Shown: positions 27,501-39,877 of the stretch, piece by piece
How positions within the stretch are numbered: the first letter of the stretch is position 1
How the letters are laid out: the number at the start of each line of letters is the position of its first letter
Assembly (NCBI RefSeq): GCF_009914755.1
Contig: NC_060939.1
From: the human T2T-CHM13v2.0 reference genome, Homo sapiens
Strand: one strand, 5' to 3'
DNA length: 64,000 nucleotides
Made by a program: the position numbers and the translations under genes
Notes under the pieces: generated by a model
What the model saw: only the letters and a program-made list of their open reading frames with translations
What the model was told of the DNA's origin: nothing
Databases searched by the model: none

Positions 27501-30500
27501 AAATTCTTTTCTTAACACCGGAAACTTGTTTCTATCATAGCCAAAGCTGCCACAGACACCACTATGGACAGCTTTCAGAAAATGTCTCTCTTGGCTTCCT
27601 ATTCTGCCTTTTTATAAATCAGTCTTAAAGTTATCAGTTCAGCCCTGAATTGGCAGCTGGTATGGAAATTTCTTGCCTGGCACATCTGGAAAGGAGGGGC
27701 TTGTTTGTGATCGAACAGATTTCTTGGCCAAAAATATTGGCCAGCCAGGATCCACTGCCCATTATGAGAAATTCCTAGCTTGCCAGCAATGTGATCTCTT
27801 TCCAGGGGTCGTAAGTCTCATCTTACCAGGACAGAACCACTTCATTAATAATGGCAATCCAGTCTGATGGGGCCATTTTCTTCAGCTTCATGGTAGTGTA
27901 GAGATCTTCAAACATCTTGTGGAGTTTGATCTCTTCAAGGCAAATACAGGGCTGAGGGGGAAACTCATTATGCAAATAATCTGAGCTATTGAAGGGCGTT
28001 AGAATAGCAAACGGGAAAAGTGAGACTAAATCTAACAATCGACCCCTGAATCTGAGTGCCACAAATTCACAGCAGTCAGCGAGGCAGGCCGAGATCATGG
28101 TGGCTGGCTGAGGAACACCGTGGTTCTACCTTCTTAGCTTGCAAGAATACCCAGTCTCTAGGACCATTGACTCCCAATCAGCATATGGTAAAAGAGGCCA
28201 TTAGTGTCCATTGTGACCTCTGCTCCTCCTCTCAGCATCCTCACTACATCCATTTGGACACAGGGGAGGCCTTGACACCAGCTGACAATGAGCCCTTTCC
28301 TCAGGGCTCTGGAAAATCTCTACCTTCCCAGGGATTTGTGAAGTTTTCTTTTAGGCAGACAGCTGCCAGGCGTCACATGTGCAACACAGGTACCGTGAGC
28401 TCACCTGACTTTGTCCACCCACAGAGAGGGCCAGCAGGCTCCAACACAAGCAGGTACTCTGTCCAAGTTCACTTCTTGGCAGGAGGCTGCTTTCATCTTC
28501 TCTGCCCACTCAGACATAGGGATTTGAGTTGCAAATATTGCCAGGTTCACATAGTTCAATTACACCTCCTTAACAATCACAAGAATGTAGAATACACAGT
28601 TTAGGAAGCTGTTAATGTAAGCATCTGTCTATTAAATTGCAGATAGTTCCAGGCATCACTGCAGGATGAGTCTTATTAACCAAGGTTAATAATCCTTTCT
28701 AATCAGCACAGTATTTCTCCACTAGCGGTGGGCTTAGAAATCATCTATGGCACTTGTAAAATATGTGGATCCCGAAGACGGGCTTCTCCTCCAAAGCTGC
28801 AGGTCTTCCTGCTGAAATGGCTTGTTAGTGTCTGACTTTGTGTGGTAAATGGTACCTGAAAGGGCTTCCTCCTTCATTAATTGGAGATCTCCTCCCTGGC
28901 CATCTCCTGTGTCTTCCATCAGCTTCCCTGCATCCTTTTTATGAGGCTGCAGCAGCTGTGGTTAGAAATCATCTGTTTGCTGCTGCAGAACCAGAGTTTC
29001 TCTGTTTTACTGTTTGATCCCCTCTGCAGTGTGGGCTCTTCGCTCTTCCATCTTTAAAAGTATGGAGCAAACGCACACAGCAGGGCCAAAGGGAAAGCAG
29101 CCAGGCTTAGAGCCATCAAGAGGCCTGACCATCAGGCTATTTGGTTTAATGCTGTGGATTAAAAGTTGGTTCCTGGTAGATACAAAAGCACATGTTGGAA
29201 ATGCCTGCAGAGACTTGAAAAATAGCTGCTTCTTAAGGATTTTGAACACGGGCTTGGCCGTGCTGTTGACACTGTTTATCTGCACTTTCCATGAAGCCAC
29301 GATTTTACGAAGCGAAGATAAACTTTGGTCCAGTTACGGAATTATCATACATTCTAAATGAGTGTCATCCAAGTTAATGACAAGTAAAACTGTAATGCGG
29401 AGTGCAAATGCAAGGACTGGGAAAAGGTAGAATTAATCACGTGATTCTCCTTGGAGATAAAGGATGGGAAGGCTGTCAGTTGTTTATGGGAATCCCAGTA
29501 GAAAGCCCCACTCCTTTGATCACACACAGCTGCATTTAAGGCAGAAATGTGGAATTGCAGACTAGAGAGAAATTTAAAGATCATCTTGCCCAGATCTTCC
29601 ATTTATAGGTAAAAAAATGAAATCAGAGAGGTGAAATGTTTGTTCAAAGTCACAGAGCAAAGCTATTAAGAGCTAAAAATAGAAGTTATTTAAGTAAGAT
29701 GTTTAGGTGTAAACTGTCTTTTAAAAACACCGCTGTGAAGATTGATTTAGTGGCATTAGCATGGTTTCGCAGTCCCCTGCACCCACTCTGCCTATCCACA
29801 AACTCCATAGAAATGATATAAAATAATGTTTTGTAAGCTATTCACCCTTGGAAACCACATTGGGTACTCTCAGTGTTGAATCTGTGATGGGTCCTTGAAA
29901 GATGACAGCAGAAAGCCACCAAGGAAAGCCCTAAGATAGCAGAGGGAAGGACAGCTGGGGACACCATAGGTGAACAATTTGGGACAGAGAAATGGGGATA
30001 ACATTGAGGATGCTCTTTGTCAAAAGGTGGCAAAAGCTGGGGGCAGGAGGGAGCCCGAGATTAGCAGCAGGAATGCTGTTTTCCTCCAGCCGGAAGAGTG
30101 GGTATAGATGCTTGGACTGGAAAGGACAGGCAGGGCCCTGGGAGAAAAGGGGACACTAATGCCCAGATGGACAGCTGCCCTAGGAGCCCAGCCAGCTGGC
30201 CTCACTCCATGAGCGCAGTGCATTCTGCAGGGGTGATTCCTTCATCTTCTCCCGGCCCAGCAGGAGATCCACTAACTGAGTCTTGGCTAAGAAAACGAGC
30301 CTGCAATTAAAGGCAGCAAACATTTGCAGAGAGCAAACCCCATGTAAATGAGTCAATTCATCCAAACAAAGGAAGAGTTTAATTCTAAGGGAACACATCG
30401 ACCCTACTGGGACTTCAGATATAATGTGATGGGTGTTGGTTCATGCCTCGGCCATAGGCTACCCTTCTTAGCTATTGTGGGGATGGGGAGCGGTGGCATG

Positions 30501-30818
30501 GTGAGAGGGCAAGACCTCGCAGGAAAAGGGATAGCAGGGAAGCTGGGAGGCAGAGTATTTCCTGCCCCGGGATTATTCTCAGACTGAGCTGATAAGGTGG
30601 GAACTAACTAATCAGGGGAGCCCTGGAATAGTTTCTGGTGTCCTGGAACTCTCAGAAGCCTCATGACTCAAGATAGTCTCCACTGATATTTAAACTGAAG
30701 TGGACCACCACCAGTGTCAGATGGTGCCAGACTTCAAGTGGGATCTGAATGGGCTTGGACTTTGCAGTTGCTGCCTGTGACTGTCCACTGGCCAGCTGCG
30801 TGGGTGTCCCCCAGCATG

Positions 30819-30884
30819 CCCTCTAGAGATACCAGGTTTCTTTTTCTATCTAGAAATGACTGCAAGTGGAAGCTGGTAACATGT
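30819..30884 (+). repeat. 66-bp local copy of part of the VDAC1 retrocopy (31837-31901)
   Basis: Manual alignment shows 2 substitutions and 1 single-base indel. Confidence 0.93.
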
Positions 30885-30999
30885 AACCCTTTATGAAGAG
30901 GGGACTTTGCTGTCTATGTGCAACAGCTTCATGTCCTCTCTCCCTCCCCCAGACAGCACATAGTTAGGACAGAAGAAAGATATTTTATAACTAAGAAGA

Positions 31000-31640
31000 T
31001 CTTGGAAATGAAAACATGAATGCTAAAATAAAATGTTCAATAAACGAGCTGAATAGAATGACTAGAATCAAAGAGTAAATTAATAAAATATATGACTGAA
31101 CTGAGGCATTCTCTCAAATCATGGTTTAAGAGAGAAAAAATACATAGCATAAAGGGAATGTTCGGAGACATGCAGGATGAATCCAAAGGCCCCCAAATCT
31201 ACTTAATAACAATTTTAGAAGAAGAGAATAGAAAGAATGGTGGTGAGAAGAATACAAGATCTGAGAAAAAAAAGCTTAATTGTCTACAACCATAGAAAAG
31301 ATTGAACAGGCCTACTGTTTACCAACTAGGGTGAATTAAAAAACAAACCAACAAACAACACCTGAACAAATTGTAGTGAAATTTTAAAACATCAAAGACA
31401 AAGAAAATTCTTTAAAATTCCAGAGAATAAAGATAGACTATTATGTATGAATGAAAATCAAATTTGTCTCAGTAACACTAGGTGGAAGAAGACAATGAGG
31501 AAAAATCTTTAAGATGCTGAGGGAGGGAAGAAGAAAACTTTTGATGCTTGAATGTTATATCCATTAGATTATCATTCTACAGGGAGAACTTAATATACAC
31601 ATTTTTAATAAGGACTCAGGTAATTTGCCTACATCATTAG
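31000..31640 (+). mobile_element. HAL1 / old L1 ORF1-like fragment
   Basis: A-rich; translates 'QIYLITILEEENRKNGGEK', resembling L1 ORF1 'NIRLIGVPEEE'. Confidence 0.55.
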
Positions 31641-31809
31641 GCAATGTGGGTGTTTTATCGAGCAGTGATTCTCAGACTAACTGATGTGAAATACCAGTAT
31701 TTTAAAAAATGTCCAATTTACTCAAATCAATACTTTTATACAGTAAAATAAGAATAAATTTTTGGAAAAATAATTACAGGAATTACAAATTATCGCAAAA
31801 GTAATTCAG

Positions 31810-32459
31810 CTGTAGGCTTGGGGGAAACTTGGTGGTCCCTCTAGAGATACCAGGCTTCTTTTTTATCTAGAAATGACTGCAAGTGGAAGCTGGTAATATG
31901 TGGGCACTTTGTAAATTCATATTGAGTAAATGAATGAAATTGTGACTTCCTGAGAATTGAAACTTGGTTTCCTAACCCTAATTGATATGAGGCGAATTGC
32001 TCTATGGTGGTGTACAAACTCACCTGAAAAGGACTTTTATAGACAAATCTTCATGACCTGTTCTTGCCCCAGTTCATCACCTCTTTTACACCAAAAGGCC
32101 TACAGGGTGTGGTCACTGTTTCTTTTGGGTCATTTTGGGGTGGAAATGGTGGATGTAATGAAGCCAATAATTCAGGACTTAATTCCTTTCATGTTGTGGT
32201 TTTTTGCTCTTGCACTAGAGTACGAAATAGCTTCCAGGAGCTCCAGCTCTAAGCTTGAAAGAGTCTGTATGATTGTAATCACATGGTGACGATACTCAGA
32301 ATCTACATTGGACTTCTGTTGTATTCTCATCACTCAGTTTATCTTTTAGCAGTTTAATAGGTACACTTCAGGGTCTTCCATTTTGTGTGGAATTAAATCC
32401 TCCTCTTCAAATGCTGTAAATAACATCAGTTAAAATAAAACTTGAATAAAATATTGGAA
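31810..32459 (+). pseudogene. VDAC1: Processed VDAC1 retrocopy, 3'UTR only (5'-truncated, no CDS)
   Basis: Matches my recollection of the VDAC1 3'UTR ('cactttgtaaattcatattgagtaaatgaatgaaattgtga', 'gaaatagcttccaggagctccagct', 'cttcaaatgctgta...cttgaataaaatattg'). AATAAA at 32445-32450, short A-tail, TSD aaaagtaattcag (31797-31809) / aaaagtaatgcag (32460-32472). The symbol refers to the parent gene and was not database-verified. Confidence 0.82.
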
Positions 32460-33610
32460 AAAAGTAATGCAGTAAAAAAATTACAGTAACAAAATAGACA
32501 CACAAAAATATAAGCCAGCATTGTTTATTATTAAATTCAACATACATAAAATTACTCTGTCAAAGTGCTATGAAAGTTTCTGAATACTTACCCTGATTTG
32601 TGAATTTCTGCTATTGTGGGCAGGTAGCAGTTTGTGGGTCAGCACCAGCCTAGGATGATGATAGTGACCTCCTTATGGAGGGCACAGTGACCTGCCTGAA
32701 GATCTATCCAGAGTGAGCAGCAAAGGAAGGACTTGATCTCAGGTCTTCTCCCTCCAGGTCCAGGAGGTTTTTGATCCTCCTGCATCTTTGCCACTGCACC
32801 TACCTGAAACCTGTCTCTCTCCCTTCAGCCACAGCAGGAAGGTGTCCCTGAGGTGGGCAGTAGATCTCTCTAGACACAGCAGTCAAGCTCCAATTGAACA
32901 CCTCTTGGATTTGAATGAAGTTCTAGGGTAAAGGGATGAAGAGGTCATGCCACCTCCCCCTACTCTTAGAAATGGTCTCCAAAGGGGCAAAAGCAGTTCA
33001 GAATCCATCTTTGATGAAACATGGAGTAAGTGAATGAGGGAGGGGCTTCCAAAGGCAGTGAAAGCCATATGAATGCTAGGGGTAAAGGAAGACACCAGAG
33101 GGGACACCTGCCCACCTGCCTGTACAAATCCCAGGCAAAGCGAGCACTTCTCCAGGGAAGGCAACATATCCTCAGGCCAAAACCCGGAAATGCCTTGTTT
33201 AGAGGAAAGGGAAAAGGGTGGGTCGCCTGGTGGTGGAACTTGCCTGAAGCTAGTTTGACGTGGAGAGAAATAGTGGGAGTTTGAGTGGATGGAGACACAT
33301 TGTATATGCAGTCAGCAGCCTGTTGTCAAGGTGGGGTAAGGAGAGAGACTGCACTATGAGCAGCCGGCAGGAGCTGGCCTCTGCAAAGGAAAGGAACTAA
33401 GTGAATGCTGAAACAGCCCCCATCCCCAGTGTCTCACCTCATATGACCTTGTGAACAGAGAGGGGGTCTGCCAACCTCCAGTGAGGCCCCAGCCCTCATC
33501 CCCAAACCTTCAGTGAATAACTTTTCTCAAGGAGTAAGTTCTTATTTGTTCACAGTCAGGAGGCACCACTGTAAAACATCCCTTCTGAGTTAAAGGCTTC
33601 AGATATGCAG

Positions 33611-33928
<318 letters not shown>

Positions 33929-34239
33929 TCACTCAGAAATGAATAACAAGATCAGAAAGAGAGGAATGGAAAAGAAAAAAAAACAAATGGCAAATGAAGA
34001 ACATTCACTGGAAAAATGTTGCCACAAAATTGTGCCAAGTAGATGCCACAGTTCAAAAAGTGTAATGAAGCTGCCACTTGTATATAACTAAAGCTTAAAG
34101 GGCAGATAAGAGAGAAGGTGAGGGAAGTTTGGCCAGACCACAGAAGAAGGTAAAACATGGGCAGGTAGAACAAGAGGAAATAAAACCATTGCAGAACTGA
34201 AGTCTCAGTTGGAGGAGAGTGTATATTGGTGTAACCTCA

Positions 34240-34740
34240 AGGGAAGGTAAAATTTCAATATTGACAAATTAAAATTTCATATGCCCTTTGATTCAGCAGT
34301 TCCACTTTTAAGGATTTATCCTACAGGCATTTCCTTGCAAATGTGTGAAATAATATGTTCAAGTCTGTTAATTGTATTGACATTTATAACAGCAAAACTT
34401 TTGAAATGACCTATATATTCCCTTATAGAGACTCATTAAATAAATTATGGTTATCTCTACAATGGAGTATTATGCAACCATAAAACATAAGATAACTGCA
34501 TGTGACTCTATATGTATCTCAAAATAAAAAGCTTAATTAAAAAATAATAAGGCAGCCTTATAAATACTGTTAATCTCTAAAATATGTTGATGGTGAAACA
34601 AATTAACATGTAAGATAATGTGTATAGAATGTTAGCATTGTATAAAAAAATAACAGACTATGCTGACCTTCTTTTATTTCCTTAGTCTATCTCTGGAGGG
34701 ACATATAAGAAACTGGTAAAGCAGTTGTCTCTGGACAAGG
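34240..34740 (+). mobile_element. Old L1M 3' fragment
   Basis: 'ccctttgattcagcagttccactttta', 'aataaattatggttatc...aatggagtattatgca'. Confidence 0.65.
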
Positions 34741-35004
34741 AAACTAGCTGGTTTCTTTTGAGTGTTGTAACATTTTATACCATTGTATTATTACCTATTC
34801 AAAACAATAAATTAAACAATTTATTTAACAATAACCGACACTCCTATGGCTCCTCTATGGCCCACCCTCTTCAGTGTCCCCACACCATCCTGCACTCCCT
34901 GGTCACCCTGAGTTATAAGGACTTTCTTGGCATCTGCCTTTCCCAGTGGACAGTGAGACTTTTGAGGGCAGGGACTATGTGTCACTCATCTCAGAATGGT
35001 ATAA

Positions 35005-35235
35005 ACATTCAACACGTAGGTTCTAGAATTAGGCTGCCTGGGCTGAAATCCCTGCTCCAGCTCTTCTTATCTTTGTAACCTTAGGGAAATAACTAAACCT
35101 TTCATTGCCTCAATTTTTCATCCATAAAGTGGGAATAATGGCATGACCTGCCTTATAGGATTTTTGTAAGGATTAAGTAAGATAAGTCTCAGAACACATA
35201 CCTGGCATGTAACAAATTCTAGATAATTGTTAGCT
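35005..35235 (+). mobile_element. MIR
   Basis: Core 'aacctttcattgcctcaatttttcatccataaagtggga...aggattaagtaagataa'. Confidence 0.75.
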
Positions 35236-36359
35236 TCTGTTGACATCTCTGCATTCAGATGCAGCTAACAGAGGGCCTGACATATTGGTAGCACTGGTGT
35301 TTTCACAGAATGAATAAAATGCATGCCACCCTGTGATCTGGTGCTAACAGAGCTATCTTTCTTCTGCTTAGCTGGTAGATAATTTTGGATGATTCAAGCT
35401 GTCTACCAACCTAACATCCCTGACATCATGAAGGAGGTGGTTATTTCAGTGGAAACCTGGAGGCATGCCCATCAATGCCGACCCTAAAAATATTTTTGTT
35501 TATCTCAGTGATCCAGATAACTCCATGGAAATAATGGGACTCTCAGAATGAGGCTTAGTTACCAGACATTCAGATAGAGAGACCAGGCTTTATCTGATCA
35601 CAAAATAGCACCTGAAGCACCAGCAATCCCTTAAGTACCCTTTTCGATTGAGTTTCCTTTCGTTGAACTTTCCTTTTCAGGCAATATTATTTAGGTATGC
35701 TGAATTGAGATCTAATTCTTTTTGAAGTTCAGTCTAGTGGAGAAAATGTTAGAACAGCATTAGAGAACTCCCACTCTCTGAACGACGTGGTGAAGTCATT
35801 TCATTCACAGCACTGTGGCTTTCTTCTCCCATCTGTCAAGTCATGATAAAATAACAAATAAACCAAATCCCTGCTGCAGCGTGAGGATATTATAAGGTTA
35901 ATGTTAAGCTTGGGCTGGGAAGTGCCCAGATAAAATTGCATGAAAGTACAGAGATGATTCTATAAACATGTGCTGAGCACCTATTATGTGCTGGGTCTTG
36001 CATTTAGTTGTGGGGACTTGAAAATGAAAGAGATTCATGCTCGGTAATTTTTACAAGAACATCGAACTCACTTGGCAAATATTTACTGAGCCCCTACTGT
36101 ATTTCAGGCACTGTTTTAGTGCTTGGGATATATCAGCGACCCAAATCCACAAAAATTCATTCTTTTGCTTTCCAAGTCACTTGGATGTTATTGGATGCTT
36201 GGGTGCTGTGGAGAAGAAATAGAAGGAAGGCCTAGATACTTCTTCCCAGGATGCAAGTTTCAACACTCATGTTTCAACAAAAACAATGACATCTATAAAT
36301 TATATAAGCATTAGTGTGCAATTATTGTCGTAAAAAGGAGGAGTCATGGTTCTTCTTTT

Positions 36360-36665
36360 GTTTGTTTGTGTTTTTTTTTTTATTTTTTTGAGACAGAGTC
36401 TCACTCCATCGTCCAGGTTAGAGTGCAGGGGCACCATCTTGGCTCACTGCAGCCTCTGCCTCTCAGGTTCAAGCTATTCCCCTACCTCCGTCCCCCAAGT
36501 AGCTGGGACTATAGTCATGCGCCAACACGCCCGACTAATTTTTGTATTTTTATTAGAGATGGGGTTTCACCATGTTGGCCAGGCTGGTCTTGAACTCCTG
36601 ACTTCAGGTGATCTGCCCACCTGTCAAGGTGCTGGGATTACAGGCCTGAGCCACCGTGCCAGGCC
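36360..36665 (-). mobile_element. Alu (AluS)
   Basis: Reverse Alu; exact TSD catggttcttcttt at 36345 and 36666. Confidence 0.93.
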
Positions 36666-37004
36666 CATGGTTCTTCTTTAACAATGTATATAACTGTCAT
36701 CCCATTTGAACACTGCAAGTTAATAGGTGACTGTAAGTTAAATGGTAATGCCCAAAATATATTGATTTCCCCACTTACCCCTGTACCAGGACAGCATGTC
36801 TCATTCCTCCCTCACCTCACATGATGAAATTAGAATCTCAAACCATGGACAAAGCTCCTTTCCCCTCTCCACTGTTTCCTCCTTTATCTCTCATTCATGG
36901 CAGCTCAACCAACAAGCCTCACTCATTTGGAGGTAAAAATTGGCAGCCAGGATGACTGGGGACTCTTCCCCAGACATCCAGGAATCCTTGAGCATTGGAG
37001 TGGC

Positions 37005-37170
37005 AAAGGTCTCTAGGAAACATATGGTGTAGCCTCTTCATTCGACAGCTGAGGAAACAGAAGTCCAGAGACTGCAGTGCCTTGGCCAAGGTACCAGAGC
37101 CAGACACGAGAGAGCCGGGCCTGGAACCCAAGCCTCCTGCCTCCTTGGTCAGTACACCACACTTTAGCCC
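37005..37170 (-). mobile_element. MIR
   Basis: 'acagctgaggaaacagaagtccagaga...cttggccaagg...ctggaacccaag'. Confidence 0.65.
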
Positions 37171-38222
37171 CTGTGTTGTACAATAGGCCCTGTATCCTGC
37201 AGAGGAGAGGGAAGCATCAGGAAGCTCTTGTGGCCTGGTGAGTTCTGTTTCATCATGGCTGGACACTCGGAGCTGGATCTCAACGCAGCTGTCCTGTCTG
37301 GGACTTCCAGGGCATGATCATTTCCAAGAGTCAAAAGCCAATCTCTCATGCACCAGTCAGGACTCTGGGTTGCCAACATCAGACACTGACTCTGGCGTGC
37401 TTGGAGAGTGAAGGAATCTACTGAACGGATATCAGGAGCTGACAGAATCAGTGGTGGGGCCAGAGAATCAGTATCGGAAAATATGCATGCAGGAACTGAA
37501 GGAAACTGGGGGAGTTGGGGGGCTGGAATCACTGCCAAGGTCGTGCCACAGGAAGAGGCTGTTTAGGCTCTGTTGCTCCCACTACTGGACTCAGACCATT
37601 GTACCCTGGATGCCACTACCACTAGGGGTGGGACGATTTTCAGACTGTCACCAGATTCTTTCACATCGTCCCTGGCTTCAGATTCACAGCCTCAGGCAAA
37701 AGCATTGGGTTGGCCAAGCTCGGGCCACTTGCCCGTGCCCATGCTGTCAAGGTTCAGGAGAAGAGAGGCTCTTGAAATTTCACTATGGCAGCTTCCATTG
37801 AAATAGGGAGAGAATTTGGAATCTGGGCAGCCAAATAACAAAAAACGAATATCCTCTGCATCTGCCAAACAGGCCACCACAGCAGCCTCTGCTTGGAAAG
37901 GCCATTTGCAAAGCAGGAGAGTAGAATTCAGTGGAGCATGGATTAACTCAAGCTGTAGTATGCTCAGCCTGGCTCCCTGGGACCAGCCTTCTGAAGGGGA
38001 CCATGGGTACTGCTATACTCACCTTCGTCTAGAGAGGCCCCTGGTCTCCAGCCTGACTCAAGGAAGCTCCTAGACAGCATAGAGATGCTCTGAACTCCAG
38101 GCCGTATTTTAGGAAATTTAGGAAGTAACCCTTTGTGAGCACTGGGCTGCGTTCAGAAGAACTCAGTTCTAGTTTCAGATTCATTTATAATTCACAGCAT
38201 CACTTAGAAGTTTATAATTCCT

Positions 38223-38762
38223 ACCATTTGTCCCAGCAATCCATTATTGGGTATAGACCCAAAGGCAAATAAATAGTTCTACCATAAAGACACATGCACA
38301 CGTATGTTCATTGCAGCACTATTCACAATAGCAAAGACATGAAATCAACCTAAATGCCCATCAATAGTAGACTGGATAAAAAAATGTGGTACATATGCAC
38401 CATGGAATACTATGCAGCCATGAAAAAACAAGATCATGTCCTTTGCAGGGACATGGATGGAGCTGAAGGCCATTATCCTTAGCAAACTAATGTGGGAACA
38501 GAAAACCAAATAATGCATGTTCTCACTTATAAATGGGAGCTAAATGATGAGAACTCATGGACACGAAGAAGGGAACAATGGAGGCTGGGGCCTACTGGAG
38601 GGTGGAGGATGGGAGGAGGTAGAGGATCAGGAAAAATAATGAGTACTAGGCCTAATACCTGGATGACAAAATAATCTGTACAACAAACCCTCATGACACG
38701 AGTTTACCTATATAACAAACCTGCATATGTACCCCTGAACCTAAAATAAAAGTTAAAAAATC
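38223..38762 (+). mobile_element. 5'-truncated L1PA (PA13-16-type) 3' end
   Basis: ORF2 end/3'UTR 'aaagacacatgcacacgtatgttcattgcagc...aacctgcatatgtacccctgaacctaaaataaaag'; TSD agaagtttataattcct (38206-38222) / agaagtttaccattcct (38763-38779). Confidence 0.93.
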
Positions 38763-39470
38763 AGAAGTTTACCATTCCTTCTGGATCTCATTTTTATGAT
38801 TGGCAATCTGCTACTATCAATCTCTACCCATTTAACTCACAACAAAGTGTTAAGAGCTGGGGAGTGGCTCTATATTCCACTTCACTCCAAATTTGTGTCT
38901 CATAAACCTATTGTTGTAGCTAAAGTCCTGCCACTCGTGGAATTCCTCTGGGAACAGATATTATATCAAAAAGTGTTTCCCTACGAAGTGAAGTAGAGGT
39001 TAGAAGCTACTGTTCTACTGCCTGAAAATTATATCTTAAATGATCTCTGAGATTTATTTGTGCATGACATATATCCTTTTAAGTGCTTATATAAGATACA
39101 GGACAACTGAGGCTTAATAGAATGAGATCTAAAAAACTCTGGGTTCAGGGTGAAGTCACTAAGTGCTGTCCTGGCAGGTGACAACCCTGGAGTACCCAGG
39201 AGAAATACAGATACAGGATTCTTGGGCAGCTCAGAGGAGAATCAGAGAGGGAGCTGCTAAGCACTAATCACGGGGTACCCATGCCAATGACATGATTGTA
39301 AAAATGTGTACTGCTTGCCGTTTTGTCGGCCAGCAAAGCAACATCTTCTCTCAGGATCCAAAAGGAGATTACAGCTCAGCCTTTCAGCCCAGAGGAGGAA
39401 ACAGTTTTCCCGTGCCCAATTCCTTGTTCACTGGTACATTCAAGCTTATGCCTAGATGCCAAGATGAAAG

Positions 39471-39877
39471 TCCTTCCTTCCTTCCTTCCTTCTCTCCCTC
39501 CTTCCTTCCTCCCTCCCTCCCCTCCCTCTCTTCTTCCCTTCTTTCCTTCCTTTATTCCCCCTCCCTCCCTCCTCTCCCTCCCTCCTTCCCTCCTTCCTTT
39601 CTTCTCCCTCTCTCCCTCCCTCCCTCCTTCCTTCTTCTCTCCCTTCCTTCCTCCCTCCCTCCTCTACCTCCCCCATCCCTCCTTGCCTCCTTCTTTTCTT
39701 CTTTCTTCCCCTTCCCTCCCTCCTCTCCCTCTCTCCCTCCCTCCCTCCTTCCTTCATTCTTTCCTTCCTTTCTTCCCCTTTCCTCCCTCCCTCCTTCCCT
39801 CCCTCTTTCCCTCCTTTCTTCCCCCTCCCTCCCTCCTTCCTCCTTCCCTCCTTCCCTCCCTTTTCTTCCTTCCTTTT
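39471..39877. repeat. (CCTT/CCCT)n polypyrimidine low-complexity tract
   Basis: About 400 bp of almost pure C/T with only a handful of purines. Confidence 0.95.

Noticed and set aside
27793-27816. Plus-strand 'tctctttccag|gggtc|gtaagt' resembling a 5-nt microexon
   Set aside because: It lies upstream of the only evident plus-strand promoter, has no host transcript, and is plausible by chance.
28056-28604. 182-aa plus-strand ORF
   Set aside because: Non-ATG start, no recognisable family, and no supporting gene structure.
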